Positions 38,670 through 51,300 are shown, numbered from the stretch's first letter. The stretch is DNA of 63,632 bases from Selaginella moellendorffii (GCF_000143415.4 NW_003314326.1:124369-188000), one strand, 5' to 3'. Program-made: numbers and translations. The notes: generated by a model from the letters alone, not told the origin.

Positions 38670-41044
38670 ATCCCAAGGCTGCCGTAGATATTGGCCATCA
38701 GAGTGTAAGTGGCAGCATCGCTGTCATCCAGCCTCAAGGACGCCTCAAACGCGAGCTTCCCCAGCGGCATGTTATTCCACTTGCGGCACGCACCCAGCAC
38801 GGTGGTCCATGTCACAAGTGTGGCTTCAAACGGCATGCTGGCAACCATGGTTACCGCGTCGTCGAGCCGGTTGGCACGTCCAAGCATGTCTACCATGCAG
38901 TGATAGTGCCTGATCTCCGGCTGGATGCCGTATTGAGCATGCATTGTGGCAAACAATCGCTCGCCATCGTCGACCAATCCTCCATGGTTGCAAGCGTTGA
39001 GAAGAGAGATAAACGTCACAGCATTGGGTTGCACGGCTTCGTTCTTCATGTCCTCAAAGAATCGAAACGCCTGCGCGGTACCTCCTTGGCAACTATAGCC
39101 CCCGATGAGTGCGCTCCATATCAGCACGTCCCTTGTTGTTTCCACACCCGACGCATCAAACACGAGCTGCGCGTCCAGCAGCCTCCCACATTTGCCGTAA
39201 AAGTCCACCAGCCGATGCACCACGAAAGCATTGCCCCTGTCCAGCTCCTCGCGACAAATAAGAGCGTGAATCTGTCTTCCGGCATCCAGCGCCACCAGGT
39301 TCCCGCAAGCCATGAGTCCGGCAACGTAACTCCTTGCATCGGGCGCACAGCTCAAACTCATCCTGGACAAGGTCTCGAGTGCCACCTCGTCTTCACCGTT
39401 CTCTACGTACCCCAGTAGGAGCGCATTCCAGGACACAAGGCTCCGGCCCTGCTTCATCGCATCAAACACTGCTCGAGCATCGGCCACACTCCCGCATTTG
39501 CAGTACATGTCGATGAGCGTGTTAGAAACAAAGACGTCCGACTCACACCCGCTCTCGGCTGCCTGCGAATGAATCCGTGCCCCGGTTTCCAGGCTCTGGG
39601 CCTTGACAAGCCTACCGCTGCCAACTTCTCGTTGCCATTCCTCCTTGTCTGCCAAGGCCGCACAGGCTTTCAGAGCGGCGACGTAAGTCTCGGCACCATG
39701 GCCTTGCATGCGCTGATACAGCTCCAAGGCGAGGCCACACTCCCCGTTGTCCGTGTAACCCAGCATCAACGCAGTCGACGCTACCACGTCATGGCTCGGC
39801 ATGCGCTGGAAGACTCGACAGGCCTCCACAAGGCACCCGCACTTTGCATACATGAACACAAGCGTGCTTGCGACATAGACGTCAAACTCGTAGCCACTCG
39901 ACCTTGCTTGTGCATGGACAGCCCGTCCCTTGCTCAGGCCCTCGTCTCGTGACGAGTGTTCCGCCACGCTGCAACAGGCCGTGAGAGCCGCAACAAAAGT
40001 CCGAGAAGTGGGAGCACAGCCGATGCGAGCAAAAAGGTCCAGAGCAGCGTCACCGTGCCCATTGTCTGCATAGCCGGAGATCATCACGTTCCACGACACA
40101 ACATCGCGGCGCACCATCCTATCGAACACGTTGCGGGCATTGACAAGGCTCCCGCACCTCGAGAAGACGTCGATCACAGTGTTGGCCACGAAGGTGTCCG
40201 ACTCGGCCCCAATCTCCACAGCTCCGGCATGAAGAGCGCAGCATTTGTCGAGGGACGCCACCTTAACGAGCTGGCCATCCATGAGCCGCCCCACCTCCTT
40301 GTCTGCCGAGGCCGCGCAAGCCACAAGCGCGGCCACGAAGGTCCGCGAGCTTGGTTGGCAGCCCCCCTGCGATGTCATGCTCGCAAACAGCTCCAAGCCC
40401 ATGTCACCCTGCCCGTTCTCCGCAAAGCCGAGTATGAGGCAAGTCCACGACACGAGATCGTGGAGCGCCATCCGGTCGAAGACCGCCCGAGCATCGAGCA
40501 GGCTGCCACACTTGGCGTACATGTCGATGAGAGCGCTGCCCACGAACAGATCATTCTCCACCAGCTGCCCAGCCTGGGAGTGCAGAGACATTCCCCAGTC
40601 GAGGGCATCGAGCTTGGATTTGGTGGCGGCAGTGGCAACACAGGCCCGGAGCGCGGCAAGGAACGTTGGAGCGGTGGGCGGGCAGCCGGAGGACGCCATG
40701 CAGTCGAGGAGGTGGCGGGCAGCAGCCGCATCGGCAGTGGCGGCGTATCCCAGAATGAGGCTGTTCCACGACGCCTGATCGTGGCAAGGAATGCGCCAGA
40801 ACGCGGCGCTCGCGTCCCTGGTATGCCCACACTTGGCATACATCTCGATGACGGCATTGTGCGCGTAGATGCTCCAGCCGCCCCTTTGCTCCGCGCCGCG
40901 ATGAATGCTTCGCCCCGCCTCTACCTCCCCTGTCGCGCCACACGCCTTGAGCGCCGCGATCACGCCCGCCCATCTCACCCCCTCTGCCGCCTCCCGGGCG
41001 GGCTGCTGCCTATACGAGAAGAAGCACCCGATCGAGCGGCGCAT
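38600..41044 (-). CDS. PLS-class PPR protein with E domain, no DYW
   Basis: 814-aa ORF with RHYHCMVDMLGRAN..ATYTLMANIYGSLGMW. Confidence 0.93.
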   Translation of the reverse strand: MRRSIGCFFSYRQQPAREAAEGVRWAGVIAALKACGATGEVEAGRSIHRGAEQRGGWSIYAHNAVIEMYAKCGHTRDASAAFWRIPCHDQASWNSLILGYAATADAAAARHLLDCMASSGCPPTAPTFLAALRACVATAATKSKLDALDWGMSLHSQAGQLVENDLFVGSALIDMYAKCGSLLDARAVFDRMALHDLVSWTCLILGFAENGQGDMGLELFASMTSQGGCQPSSRTFVAALVACAASADKEVGRLMDGQLVKVASLDKCCALHAGAVEIGAESDTFVANTVIDVFSRCGSLVNARNVFDRMVRRDVVSWNVMISGYADNGHGDAALDLFARIGCAPTSRTFVAALTACCSVAEHSSRDEGLSKGRAVHAQARSSGYEFDVYVASTLVFMYAKCGCLVEACRVFQRMPSHDVVASTALMLGYTDNGECGLALELYQRMQGHGAETYVAALKACAALADKEEWQREVGSGRLVKAQSLETGARIHSQAAESGCESDVFVSNTLIDMYCKCGSVADARAVFDAMKQGRSLVSWNALLLGYVENGEDEVALETLSRMSLSCAPDARSYVAGLMACGNLVALDAGRQIHALICREELDRGNAFVVHRLVDFYGKCGRLLDAQLVFDASGVETTRDVLIWSALIGGYSCQGGTAQAFRFFEDMKNEAVQPNAVTFISLLNACNHGGLVDDGERLFATMHAQYGIQPEIRHYHCMVDMLGRANRLDDAVTMVASMPFEATLVTWTTVLGACRKWNNMPLGKLAFEASLRLDDSDAATYTLMANIYGSLGMWQEQFEVLVAMRRRTSAAALGV

Positions 41045-41356
41045 TCATCGCATCGCCCTAAAACGCGAAGTGGAGGGAGGACGAGGGCTGACGTGTACGC
41101 GTGACGCCACATTCTCCCGCCAGCTGGCGGCGAAATTTTGATTTTTGTGTGAATGAATCAAAGTCGGACAGGGCGGCTGGGGCTTTCTCCCTTCGATCTC
41201 GTGGCTCTAATTCTCTCTCTCACTTGGATTTGTCAATTCGATTCCTGGCAAGGGCTGCTCCAGCGGCCGCGTGATTGCAACGCGTTTACAACGAGCTCCA
41301 TGAATCACGCGAGATCTAAGCTGCCCTGGTGATTGATTAGGGTATCATAGGCCGCT

Positions 41357-43441
41357 ATGGCCGGACAAGGTGAGTTCCAGGAGCTGGTGGAGACTCTCAT
41401 TGGGCTGCTCAACGAGATATCATCCCTGGGGGACTACGCCAGATCGCACCGCAAGGAATGCACCAATCTCGCCCGCCGACTCAAGCTCTTGGCCCCGCTG
41501 CTTGAGGAGGCGAGGGAGGCCAGCTCGCTTGATTCCCTTAGCCCCTTCCACGACCTCAAGCTCGTTCTCCACTCGGCCAAGGACCTCCTCTCTCTCTGCC
41601 ACAAGGGAAGCAAAATTTTCCTGGTAAGCCGCAAAGTTCTCCTTTGACTTGCCTGAACTGCAGATGGAAATCTAGATCATGAAAAGAGAAGGAATTGCCA
41701 GCAGCTTCCAATCCGTGACCGCGGATTTGGAGCATGTGCTAGATTCCCTGCCATACAATTCACTGAATCTCTCGGAAGAGGTCCGAGAACAGGTATGTCG
41801 ACCAAAACCTGTCTTCCTTGGTGAGCTTTCGATGATGATTGTGATCCATGCGCAGGTGGAGCTCCTCCATGCGCAGCTCAAGAGGGCCAAAGGCAAAGCA
41901 GAAGTTATCGACACGGAGCTGATCGAGGACCTGATGCGATGCAGCATGAGTGACGAACGAGACTATGATAGAATGGCAGCGGAGAGACTAGCCGACAAGC
42001 TACACCTCAAAACCTGGTCCGAGATAAAGGAGGAGGAGTTTCGTGCGCAGGAGAGCCTGAAGCTCGACAAAGGTGGTGACCTTGACGCTGCAATCAAGAT
42101 GGTGCTGGGAAGGCTCAAGGGCGTTGCCATCTCGGACGCGGACGAACCTTATGTTTCAATCGACAAAGCACGAGTGGACTTCGCTATGAGAAATCCCTTG
42201 TCACCGTCACCGCGATCAGACAAGCTGAGCAACCCAGCCATTCCAGAGGATTTCCGGTGCCCAATCTCGCTGGAACTGATGAAAGACCCCGTCATCGTTG
42301 CAACTGGCCAGGTTACGTGCTCTCATCGTGAATTCTTTTATTAATTGTCGTGATTCTGCAGACTTACGAGCGCTCCTACATCCAAAAGTGGCTAGATGCC
42401 GGCCACAAGACATGCCCGATAACGCAGCAGACGCTCCCGCATCTGGTGCTGACTCCAAACTATGTTCTCCGGAGTCTCATCTGTCAGTGGTGCGAAACCA
42501 ACGGGATCGAACTGCCAAAGAAAGTTGGCACGAGTCGGGGTGGTCACTCGTCCGACTTGGAAGCATGTGGAGACAGGGTGGCCGTAGAGGCGCTACTGCA
42601 GAAGCTTTCCAGCCCCCAAGTGGATGTGCAAAGGATAGCTGTGGCGGACCTCAGGCTGCTGGCAAAGAGAAGCATCGACAACAGGATTTGCATTGCAGAA
42701 GCTGGAGGTGTTCCGCTGCTGATTGGACTCTTGTCATCCACGGACACGCGGATACAAGAGCATGCAGTTACCGCTCTGCTCAATCTCTCCATCCACGACC
42801 CCAACAAGGCTCAGATCGTCCAGGCAGGTGCTATAAATCCGATTGTCGAGGTTCTCAAGTCAGGCAGCATGGAGGCAAGAGAGAATGCCGCTGCTACGCT
42901 CTTCAGCCTCTCGGTTGTGGACGATAACAAGGTGACGATTGGCCAGACGGCTGCGATTCCAGCTCTAGTGAACTTGCTCAGAGAAGGCACTCCCCGAGGC
43001 AAAAAGGACGCAGCCACTGCCCTTTTCAACTTGTCCATATACCAAGGCAACAAGGCCAAGGCAGTGAGAGCTGGCGTGGTTCCGCCGCTGATGGAGCTGC
43101 TGGATCCAAACGCAGGCATGGTGGATGAAGCTTTGGCTATTCTGGCAATACTTGCAACGCACCAGGAGGGGCGCGTTGCAATCGGCCAGGAGTCAACCAT
43201 CCCACTTTTGGTGGAGCTCATACGTTCCGGCTCGGCCAGGAACAAGGAGAATGCAGCTGCTGTTCTCCTTGCTCTGGGCCAGAACGACGCAGCTCATCTT
43301 GTCACAGCGCAACAGTACGACGCCGGGGTTCCTTTGGCGGAGCTCGTGCAAAACGGCACCAGCAGGGCCAGGCGCAAAGCGAGCTTGATCCTGGAGCTGA
43401 TGCACAAGCAACAGCAAGAACAGTTAAACAAGCAACAATAA
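41357..43441 (+). CDS. Plant U-box/ARM-repeat E3 ubiquitin ligase (PUB13/SPL11-like), about 4 exons
   Basis: N-terminal [18 protein letters not shown]; U-box [24 protein letters not shown]|[19 protein letters not shown]; ARM repeats ([38 protein letters not shown]). Confidence 0.95.
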
Positions 43442-44608
43442 CAACGTAAGACGAAGAAGAGAAGCAGACAGGACCAAACAACTCAATGTCGTCAACACTT
43501 TCTCTGCATGCTTACACACATGGAGGGTGGTGCTCTGTGCTCAAAGTTGCGCAGGAAGGTCCACCATCAATCAACAACACACGCAGAGCTTGGCGGTTTG
43601 TTCATTCACAGTGCTGCTGCGGCTCGGCTCAGCGACTAGATTCCAAGAACGCGAGCTTGGTTTGGATGGAATGTTGCTGAGACATGCGGAGCTCTCGGCT
43701 CCTCTTGTTCCAACACAGCCGTGATGGACCATGCATTTAGAGGACGCGGACACCTAATGATTGAAGAGGAACTGCCCTTTTAAGTGATTCACTTTGGCTT
43801 CGCTCTTTCACACATGAAGAGGCACAGATACTCCCGACTTCGTTAACATCAGGAGCAGCAGAAAGTCCACAATCAAGTAAGAACAATGCTCGTGACTTGG
43901 ATTGTCCCACTGCCGCAATCGCGGCTGCTTTCTGACTCCTGGAGTTTCGTTTTCCGTTGGCTCAGGATAAATACTAGTAATCCGTTCCGGAAAACTACAA
44001 TGTACGACGAATACGGAGTTACCGTCTTTGTTTGGGACTCCCCAAGCTCCGTTTCTTCGCACTATGTTGGAACGGAACTAGAGTTCCGTGGTGCTCATTT
44101 GCTCACGGTGTTTGGGGGAAGTCCGCATTTGGCAGCAATGCTTCTGGGATGTCGTATCCCAAGTAAGCTGTCGATATGTGCTGAAACCCGGTCTGGCACA
44201 TGCAAATGCCCTCGTCAACCTCCCTTGGATACTTACAGCAGCAAATAACCTTTGTGCTTTCTCATAGAGAAGCTGCTCCAAAACTAGCGAGATTCTGCTT
44301 CTACACGGTCAATTTTGTGGCATGATTGCTCTCCGTTCTGTTTTTCTTCGAGCTGCCAAGAATCTTTGTGGCTTTGTACGATGGGAGCCTCCATCCTCTT
44401 CGGTTCTTGCGTACTTCTCCAGATGATCTTGCCCATAGCATGATGAAGATTACATAATATAAATCTGTTGCCGCAGCTTACCTGGAGAGAGCTCAGAAAG
44501 AATCGGTATAATACACCTGGAAATTCCATGCGAGGTGATGTGAAACAGCTTATAGAGCTGCGAGCAAGATCCAGAGCGACAGTGAAAGCCGCACAATAGT
44601 GGGAGCCG

Positions 44609-45938
44609 CTAAGATGGCAGATGGCAGTCTTCTAGATTAGCGTGGGACGCGATGAGGTCCTCTGTGTAGGCCCATAGCTCTTTGCCCAGCTCCATGTCGC
44701 TGGCATACTTGCTGCCTGAGGTTTCCTGGCAGTCTGCAAAGTATTTTCCGGAAATGCCCTCGACATCTGGGTGTGCCGCCACGTAGCATGTTGTAGCTGC
44801 TCCTTGTTCAATCGTCTTCAAGAATGGTTCAATCCACGAAAATGCCACTGGAACGGGGCAAAGATCAGAATCAATCCAGATGGAATATTCAGGTAAGCTT
44901 TCTCACAGCCTGCTGGTTCAGCAAATTTCTCAACGAAGCTGCTGTTGAATACTCCAGGGTGCAACGCGTTCACGGAGATGTTCACTCCTTGCTCCTGGAG
45001 AACGTTCAGACCAGAGGAGCAAAAACAAAGTAAACAGGACCAACCTCGAGTCTACGTGCCAGTTCCTTGGCAAACAATATGTTAGCAAGTTTGGTCTGTG
45101 CATAAACCGTGGACAGTCCATGAATGCTGCAAATTCATTGTAATGTGTAAGTTTTCTTTATAACCATACCATACTATACCTCTGCAAAACAGGGACTGCG
45201 AACATCCAACTTTTTCTGTGAAGATTCTTAAAATTAATTCCCCGAGCACTCTCGTGTTGGCTGGAAGCAACAACGACGATTCTGCCTCGGTTGCCGGATT
45301 GCGTTGCAGTCTCCTCTATCAAGTCGAGCAGTGAGTGAGTGAGAACGAAATGGCCAACGTGATTCACTGCAAATGTCATCTCCAGGCCATCCTCTGACAG
45401 GACGAACTGGCTTGAAGCGATTCCTGCATTGTTACTTCAGACATAACTTTGTCAACCATGAGCTTTAATTTGTGTGTATGAAGATACTTACATGAGTATG
45501 TGAAGTGGCAGGCCCAGAGCTTTGAACTTAGCCACGAAGTTTCGCACAGAGTACATCGACCCGAGATTGAGATGGAGCACGGTGACCTGTGCATTGGGTG
45601 TTTGCTCCAAAATCTTGAGTTTTGCTGCGTGTGCAGCCTTAAGGCTCTCGGAGGCAATGACGACATGAGCACCTCTTCTTGCGAGCACTCTAGATGTTTC
45701 GAATCCAATCCCAGCGCTACCGCCTGCACATGGAGGAAAGGTATGGTGTCGATGCCGAAACCGATCAATTCCCAGACCTGTGATGAGAACAACTTTGGAA
45801 TCAAGGGAGATGCCATCCATGACTTCCTCTGCAGTCGATTTCGCACGGCTCCTTTGGCTCTCTTCAACCTTGGGGGAGACAAGGCTCTGGAGCTCCTCTG
45901 TATAGCATTCAATCATTTTGCTGTTCGACCATACCCAT
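44609..45938 (-). CDS. Short-chain dehydrogenase/reductase, TIC32-like, multi-exon
   Basis: STAEEVMDGISLDSKVVLITG|GSAGIGFETSRVLARRGAHV, TFAVNHVGHFVLT, KTIEQGAATTCYVAAHP..SGKYFADC. Confidence 0.9.
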
Positions 45939-46560
45939 GAATCTAGAACAGCACTACTGCTTACTCAGTGATCCGAGAAGGGCCTCTTGAGGCGGAGCTG
46001 CCCGTGCCACAACCTTGGATCTCGCACGTTTGCTGCATTTCCTGCTACTTCTGGGCTTCGCTATTGGTGCAGCTGATGCAACTGGTAACAGGAGCTGGAG
46101 TGATGCACAACGGGTTGCCATTTTTCCAATACGCCACAGACTCCTACACGGTAACTCCTTAGCACACTCACCATTCATTAGTAACGGGACCACTGGTGGG
46201 AGGGATGGGTCACCTTGTCCTTTTGTTTTTCACGTGAATGAAGGAATTCAAGGGCTGTTAGGGACTGCAGATCTTGGGAGATCGCCATCATGACAATGTT
46301 TTCGTGCCTTATGGCGTATATCTGGCCATTTACCTCGGTGGAACGGAGGAGAGCTTCAAGTTCAAGGAGTGTAATACATTCTAAATACCATGTATCATTA
46401 TTTTATTCGCTCTGAGCCAAAAGCATCCTCGCTGTCTCGCTACATTCTGCCGTTCTTTGCTCGCCTTGCTGTCTGATGGCGTGGCAAGTTAGGATGTAGG
46501 GTTATGTTACGTAGGAGACACTTCGTAGAATAATTCTAAACACAAAGAGGAGAATAATGA

Positions 46561-47948
46561 CTAGTTAGAACTATTAGCTAGAGCTTTCTCTCCTTCGAAC
46601 AATCTCTTGTGGACTTTAGCAAACAAAGATGGCTGCGGAGTGCAACTGTTGTCAGTCGTCTTGAAGTTGTCAAAATCCAAGCCGACTTTAGCAGCAGCAA
46701 GCCGCAGCTCGGGGGCAATGGACTTGGGGAGGCTTGAACTCCGTGTGTAGACAATAGCCCCACCATAGCCGTCCCATGCATCGTTGGACCCGGTGTAGTA
46801 CACGAAAATGTAGTCGTCCGGTTGCTTGTTGAGCCGCGCGGAGACGATGAACCTGCGCAAGAGCCCCCAATCAATCCGTCAATTGCTCATGAAGGATTCG
46901 CAGCTATGCTGGCAATCGCGCACCGCACGCACACGGAAGCTTTCCTTATAAGATTCATGGCGGTTGTTGGACGTTTGCTCACCAATCTTCCTTGTAATTG
47001 AGGTACTCGTTGTCATGATTGGAGAGGACTCCCGGGCGTTTGGGATTCTTCTGCACAAAATTTTGTGTTGCGTCGCGTGTGATGAAGCCGCCGTCGGGGG
47101 TGGTCACCCTCCACGTCAATTTTCCGGTGAGCTTGTTGGGGCTGGCCGAGAACTCATGGACTTGGCAATCGTAGAGATCGAACAAGGGATTGAGACCGCT
47201 GGTAATATACCATGTGCCTGTGAAGTCTTGGGTGTTGAACTTTTCCACCAAAGCGCAGTCTGGAGGTACCGGGTAGGTGCCGTCGTTGGCACTTTGAGGG
47301 ATGCACTTTTTTTTGCTCAGGAGGCATGTGTTGAATTCCTCTACAACCTTGTTCTGGAAAATGTCTCCACATCTGACCTATATTCGGAAACAAAACGAGA
47401 GAGAGAGAGAGGAACAGAAACAGAGTGAAAAACTTGATCCCAGAAAGTCTATAAAATCAAATAATACTTGGCAATTCAAGTCTCCTGGACTGCAAATTTC
47501 CAGACAAACTAAATTGGCAGCGCATGAAGGATCTCCCACGCATCGAACCAGCTCAGATCTGAAGAACATGCGATCAGCTGGATTCACAAGAAACAACGAA
47601 TCCCAACAAATGAGGAGGTGGAGCACAACAGCACCTGCATCCACCCAAAAGACATTTCCATGTTTTTTGAGCGGTCTCGATGTCCAGAGCCACAGCTTGG
47701 TTTGCTGGGTGCAAGAGCAAACACGTTCCCAGGATCAAGCCCCATGCATTGACTTTGAATCCCGGCCCGGTACTTTTTGTTGCTACATTCGCCACTCTTC
47801 GGATTCGGACAAGCCGGTGCGGAGCCGTTGTACTGGCAATCTGCTCCTTCTTTACCTGCACGCCATAGAACATCTTGCAACTCTTCTCATTCAAGGCCCA
47901 TCCTACGGCCTTGCAGTGATACATTTCAAGAAGCCTCCAAACAAACAA
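46561..47948 (-). CDS. VDE: Violaxanthin de-epoxidase family protein (VDE/NPQ1-like), multi-exon, short C-terminus
   Basis: Cys-rich domain [11 protein letters not shown]; lipocalin motifs [48 protein letters not shown]. Start position uncertain. Confidence 0.9.
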
Positions 47949-50199
47949 GGGACTGATCGTGAAACACCCGAGGTGGGGGGAGGGGGGGGGGGATACTAAA
48001 TCTTTCCCCTTCTGTATCGAACCATGTCAACATGTTGCTTTTGTGGGCCTTCTCAATCTAAGGCCTGGGACATTCCACGCTGCCAAGATTCTCCAGGCAA
48101 AAACGCACGTTTCTAGAATTGACACAGCTTGGAGGACGCGTGGGATGTCGTTAGTTTTACGGAAAGAAAAACGAATTTCTATTGCGGACTTGACACGCAA
48201 TTGCGCCAGCTTCTCCAGCTCCACTGCTCCACCTACCGGCAACGAAGTTTCTTTGGCCACAAGGACAAACAGTACGGAACGCCGTAAAATCGAGCTGAAT
48301 GGTTTATGGACGCAGCAGCTATCTTCTGGAAGTATGGCACATCGGCCAGTGGAAACCTTTGGTGCACCAGGCCGTCTTGAACATATAGGCCATCCTAAAG
48401 ATGGTGATGCCCAGGCCCTGCAATTCGAAACTCCAAGAAACGCTCCTATTACTTACTGCTCAAAAGCACAAACCAGGAAGGAGTCCTTCGTGGGAGAATT
48501 CGCAACATATGAGAGCTATAGCGGGAACTGCGTTCATTGAGCTCGAATGGATCTTGGCGATGAGACTGTTGTAGAGAGGCTTGTGGCAATTAACTGTTGG
48601 AAATTTGTGTATGCATTACCTTGTGCATGCTCGACAAGCGCCGTAGCGCTTTGTGTGCCCATCTAGCCCAAAACTCCATACCAAGAAACAGCAGTTGCAC
48701 CTAATGCGAAAGACACCGTGCCAAGGATTTCCAGAGCAGGCAATTCACTGCTGCCTTTCTGAACATAGTTAAAGATTTCTCTTTTGTGATCAAGTCTATG
48801 TGTGTCAAAAGCTCACATACCATATTATGGCATGTTATATGTGATCCCAAGAAGTACTGAGGTGGGTAGTGTGGCAACAAATTTTATTATACTGCAAAAT
48901 ATATGAATTTAAAACATATGTGTGCTTCAATTGTTTAGCAAAATAATCTTTTGGTTCCCACTTTTTTTTCAAAGGCATATATATTGCATTGATGGCCACA
49001 CATGAATTCTTAATTCACTTACCACATTAGCATATTCTTCAGAATGGCAGGGAAGCACAACTAAACCATACATTGTAGATGCTACCCCCAAAAGAGTGTT
49101 GGCCATGAGCCTCACATGACTGTTGTCTATTGCTGGTTGCATTAATTTGGCATTGACTTGATTACATTGTAGAAGGCATTGAGCATGCACTCACAATCTT
49201 CAGTGGCTACATGCATCTGGGTGTTTGATTTAGAGTCTGGCCAATCTCTACCTCAGAATGGGCAAGAATTGCAAATGTTATACGTATTGTGACATGGCAC
49301 TCAAGCTCTTCACCAAGAATGAGGTTTGATAGGGAATGGAATCCCATGGCAGCAGCAGACATTGGCTATTGGATGAGACTATTAATGGATTGATAGAGAT
49401 TGTGGTGTTGTATAGCACACTGGATGAGCCGGAGTGTGATATCCTGCTGTATTGGGTAGTGTGCTTGACACAATTGAGCATCTTGGGTTGGCCACAATCA
49501 AGGCACAGATAGAGATTCTTCTATATTCTTGTTTCCAAGTTCCATAAATCATGAATTGAATCAAATCACTCATAAAAGAGTAGAAGACATGGTTTCACAT
49601 GTGGCATGAAGTACATGAAGTATCTGTTTACGTGGTATATCCCATTCAAATATTACAATGCAATTGTGTGTATAATATTTTTATGTGCAACTGAAAAAAA
49701 AAAGTATAGTAACACATGTGTAAATAAAAGATACACCCCTGTGCAATTGCCACCACTGGGACCGAAATGCCACCAACTCGCTTACCATTGTAATATCTTG
49801 TCCCAAGTGTTATGCCACACTCTTAGTGACAAGGGCCTAGAGCAAGGGTCTATTCTTGAAATATAAACAATCTTTAGAACTAAATTTATAAAAAATTTCA
49901 AGTTTGGTATATTTGCAAATATACATTTTGAAGGTTTATTCTGAAGTTTAAGAGCATTTCAAAAGAATATTCTATTTTAACCTAGAAAAAATTGGCAACC
50001 CAATTAGATTAAGCTTATATATATAGAATATATATATAAATATAGTTATTATTGGGCATTTTGAGTTGATCCTGATTTGATTAGAGAGGAAATTATACAT
50101 AGTTTGATGCAAGACTTTTTTTATTGATAAAGGCCCACCTTGCTCAATCAAGACTTTTGTAAATGAAGGTTTGTATAGTGAAATAGAGTATTTGAGAAA

Positions 50200-51300
50200 C
50201 AAGGAGGCATCAATGAATTTCACTTCAAGTAGCAAGTGAAAGATAAATCAAATATAACTCTAAGAAACATGATGGATAAAATGTATTTTGAGCACAGTAT
50301 AATGGAAATTCAATGGTTTATGCCAAATTGTTTAGTGTATGGAAATTTTCTTGTTTAAAGCAATCTAGATAACATGTTTAATGTCGAGACTAATACAAAT
50401 TATACTTTCAAAAAGACACTTCTCTTGTATAGTGTTTGCTCTATTAGTTTTGTGCATTATAAACCTTTGATCAGCTTTGATGGCATATATTTGACTTCAA
50501 GGAAATGGTCTTATTCCCTCTTTCATTTAGTATAACCAATGTTAAAACAATGAGAAATGCATTTAGTTCCTTGAGCATTTGAAAATGTTAATTAAAACTT
50601 AGTATTAAAATGATATGCCTTATAATTTCCTTTTTAATTGGTAAAAAAATGTGTTAGAAGGTGTTTAATCAACATTCAATAATGTGTATCACAAATTTTA
50701 TATGAGACATTTTATTGAGAACTTTTGAAAAGTATTTATTTTCTTTTAAAAGCATGTCATGCTCTATGTTTTTGAACTTTGATGTAGTTATAGTAGAGAT
50801 TTATGATAAAAATCCAAATATCACCTTTTGGATGCTGGAGTCAAAGTATTAGGCAACTATATTTTTTGAAGGGAACAATTTGAACATTTGACAAGTAATA
50901 TTTTTGAGTGTTTAAATGTGTGGTTATTTGAAGCTTAAGATATGTCTATCCTTAAAATGCTTTAGCATATTTTGTGCAAACTAGCTAGATTTTCTAGCAT
51001 TAATTGAAATTGATGAAGTATATAGTAAGAGTGGAAGGCACAACTAACACTAATAGACAATGCATAAAAATTTCTTTATGATGCAATTTTATAAGCTTGC
51101 TATTATACCCTCAGATCCTATTATATTTGAAGTACATATACAAAGGTATACTTGTGTGGTGAACATACTAACATAGTGTTGCTTATGCTTTAGATAGCAA
51201 AAAATATGATTGCCTTGTGTTTATGCAATTTGGTATTAAAGAGGTTTTGAGTCTGACTCTGTTAATTGGCTAAAAAAATCATATTACATATTGAAATTGA
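50200..51300 (+). pseudogene. Degenerate Mutator-like (MULE) transposase
   Basis: Remnant motifs in order: KPLISFDGIYL (~50461), HKFYMRHFIENF (~50690), LTSNIFECLNVW (~50888), and SWIM-like TCVVN..CCLCFR*Q..LPCVYAI (~51150-51230). Confidence 0.7.

Noticed and set aside
38414-41104. Long antisense ORFs (334 and 382 aa) over PPR genes
   Set aside because: Shadow ORFs of GC-rich coding sequence with no recognisable motifs.
47959-48540. 193-aa ORF upstream of VDE
   Set aside because: Non-ATG start, spans a poly-G tract, and has no recognisable domain.
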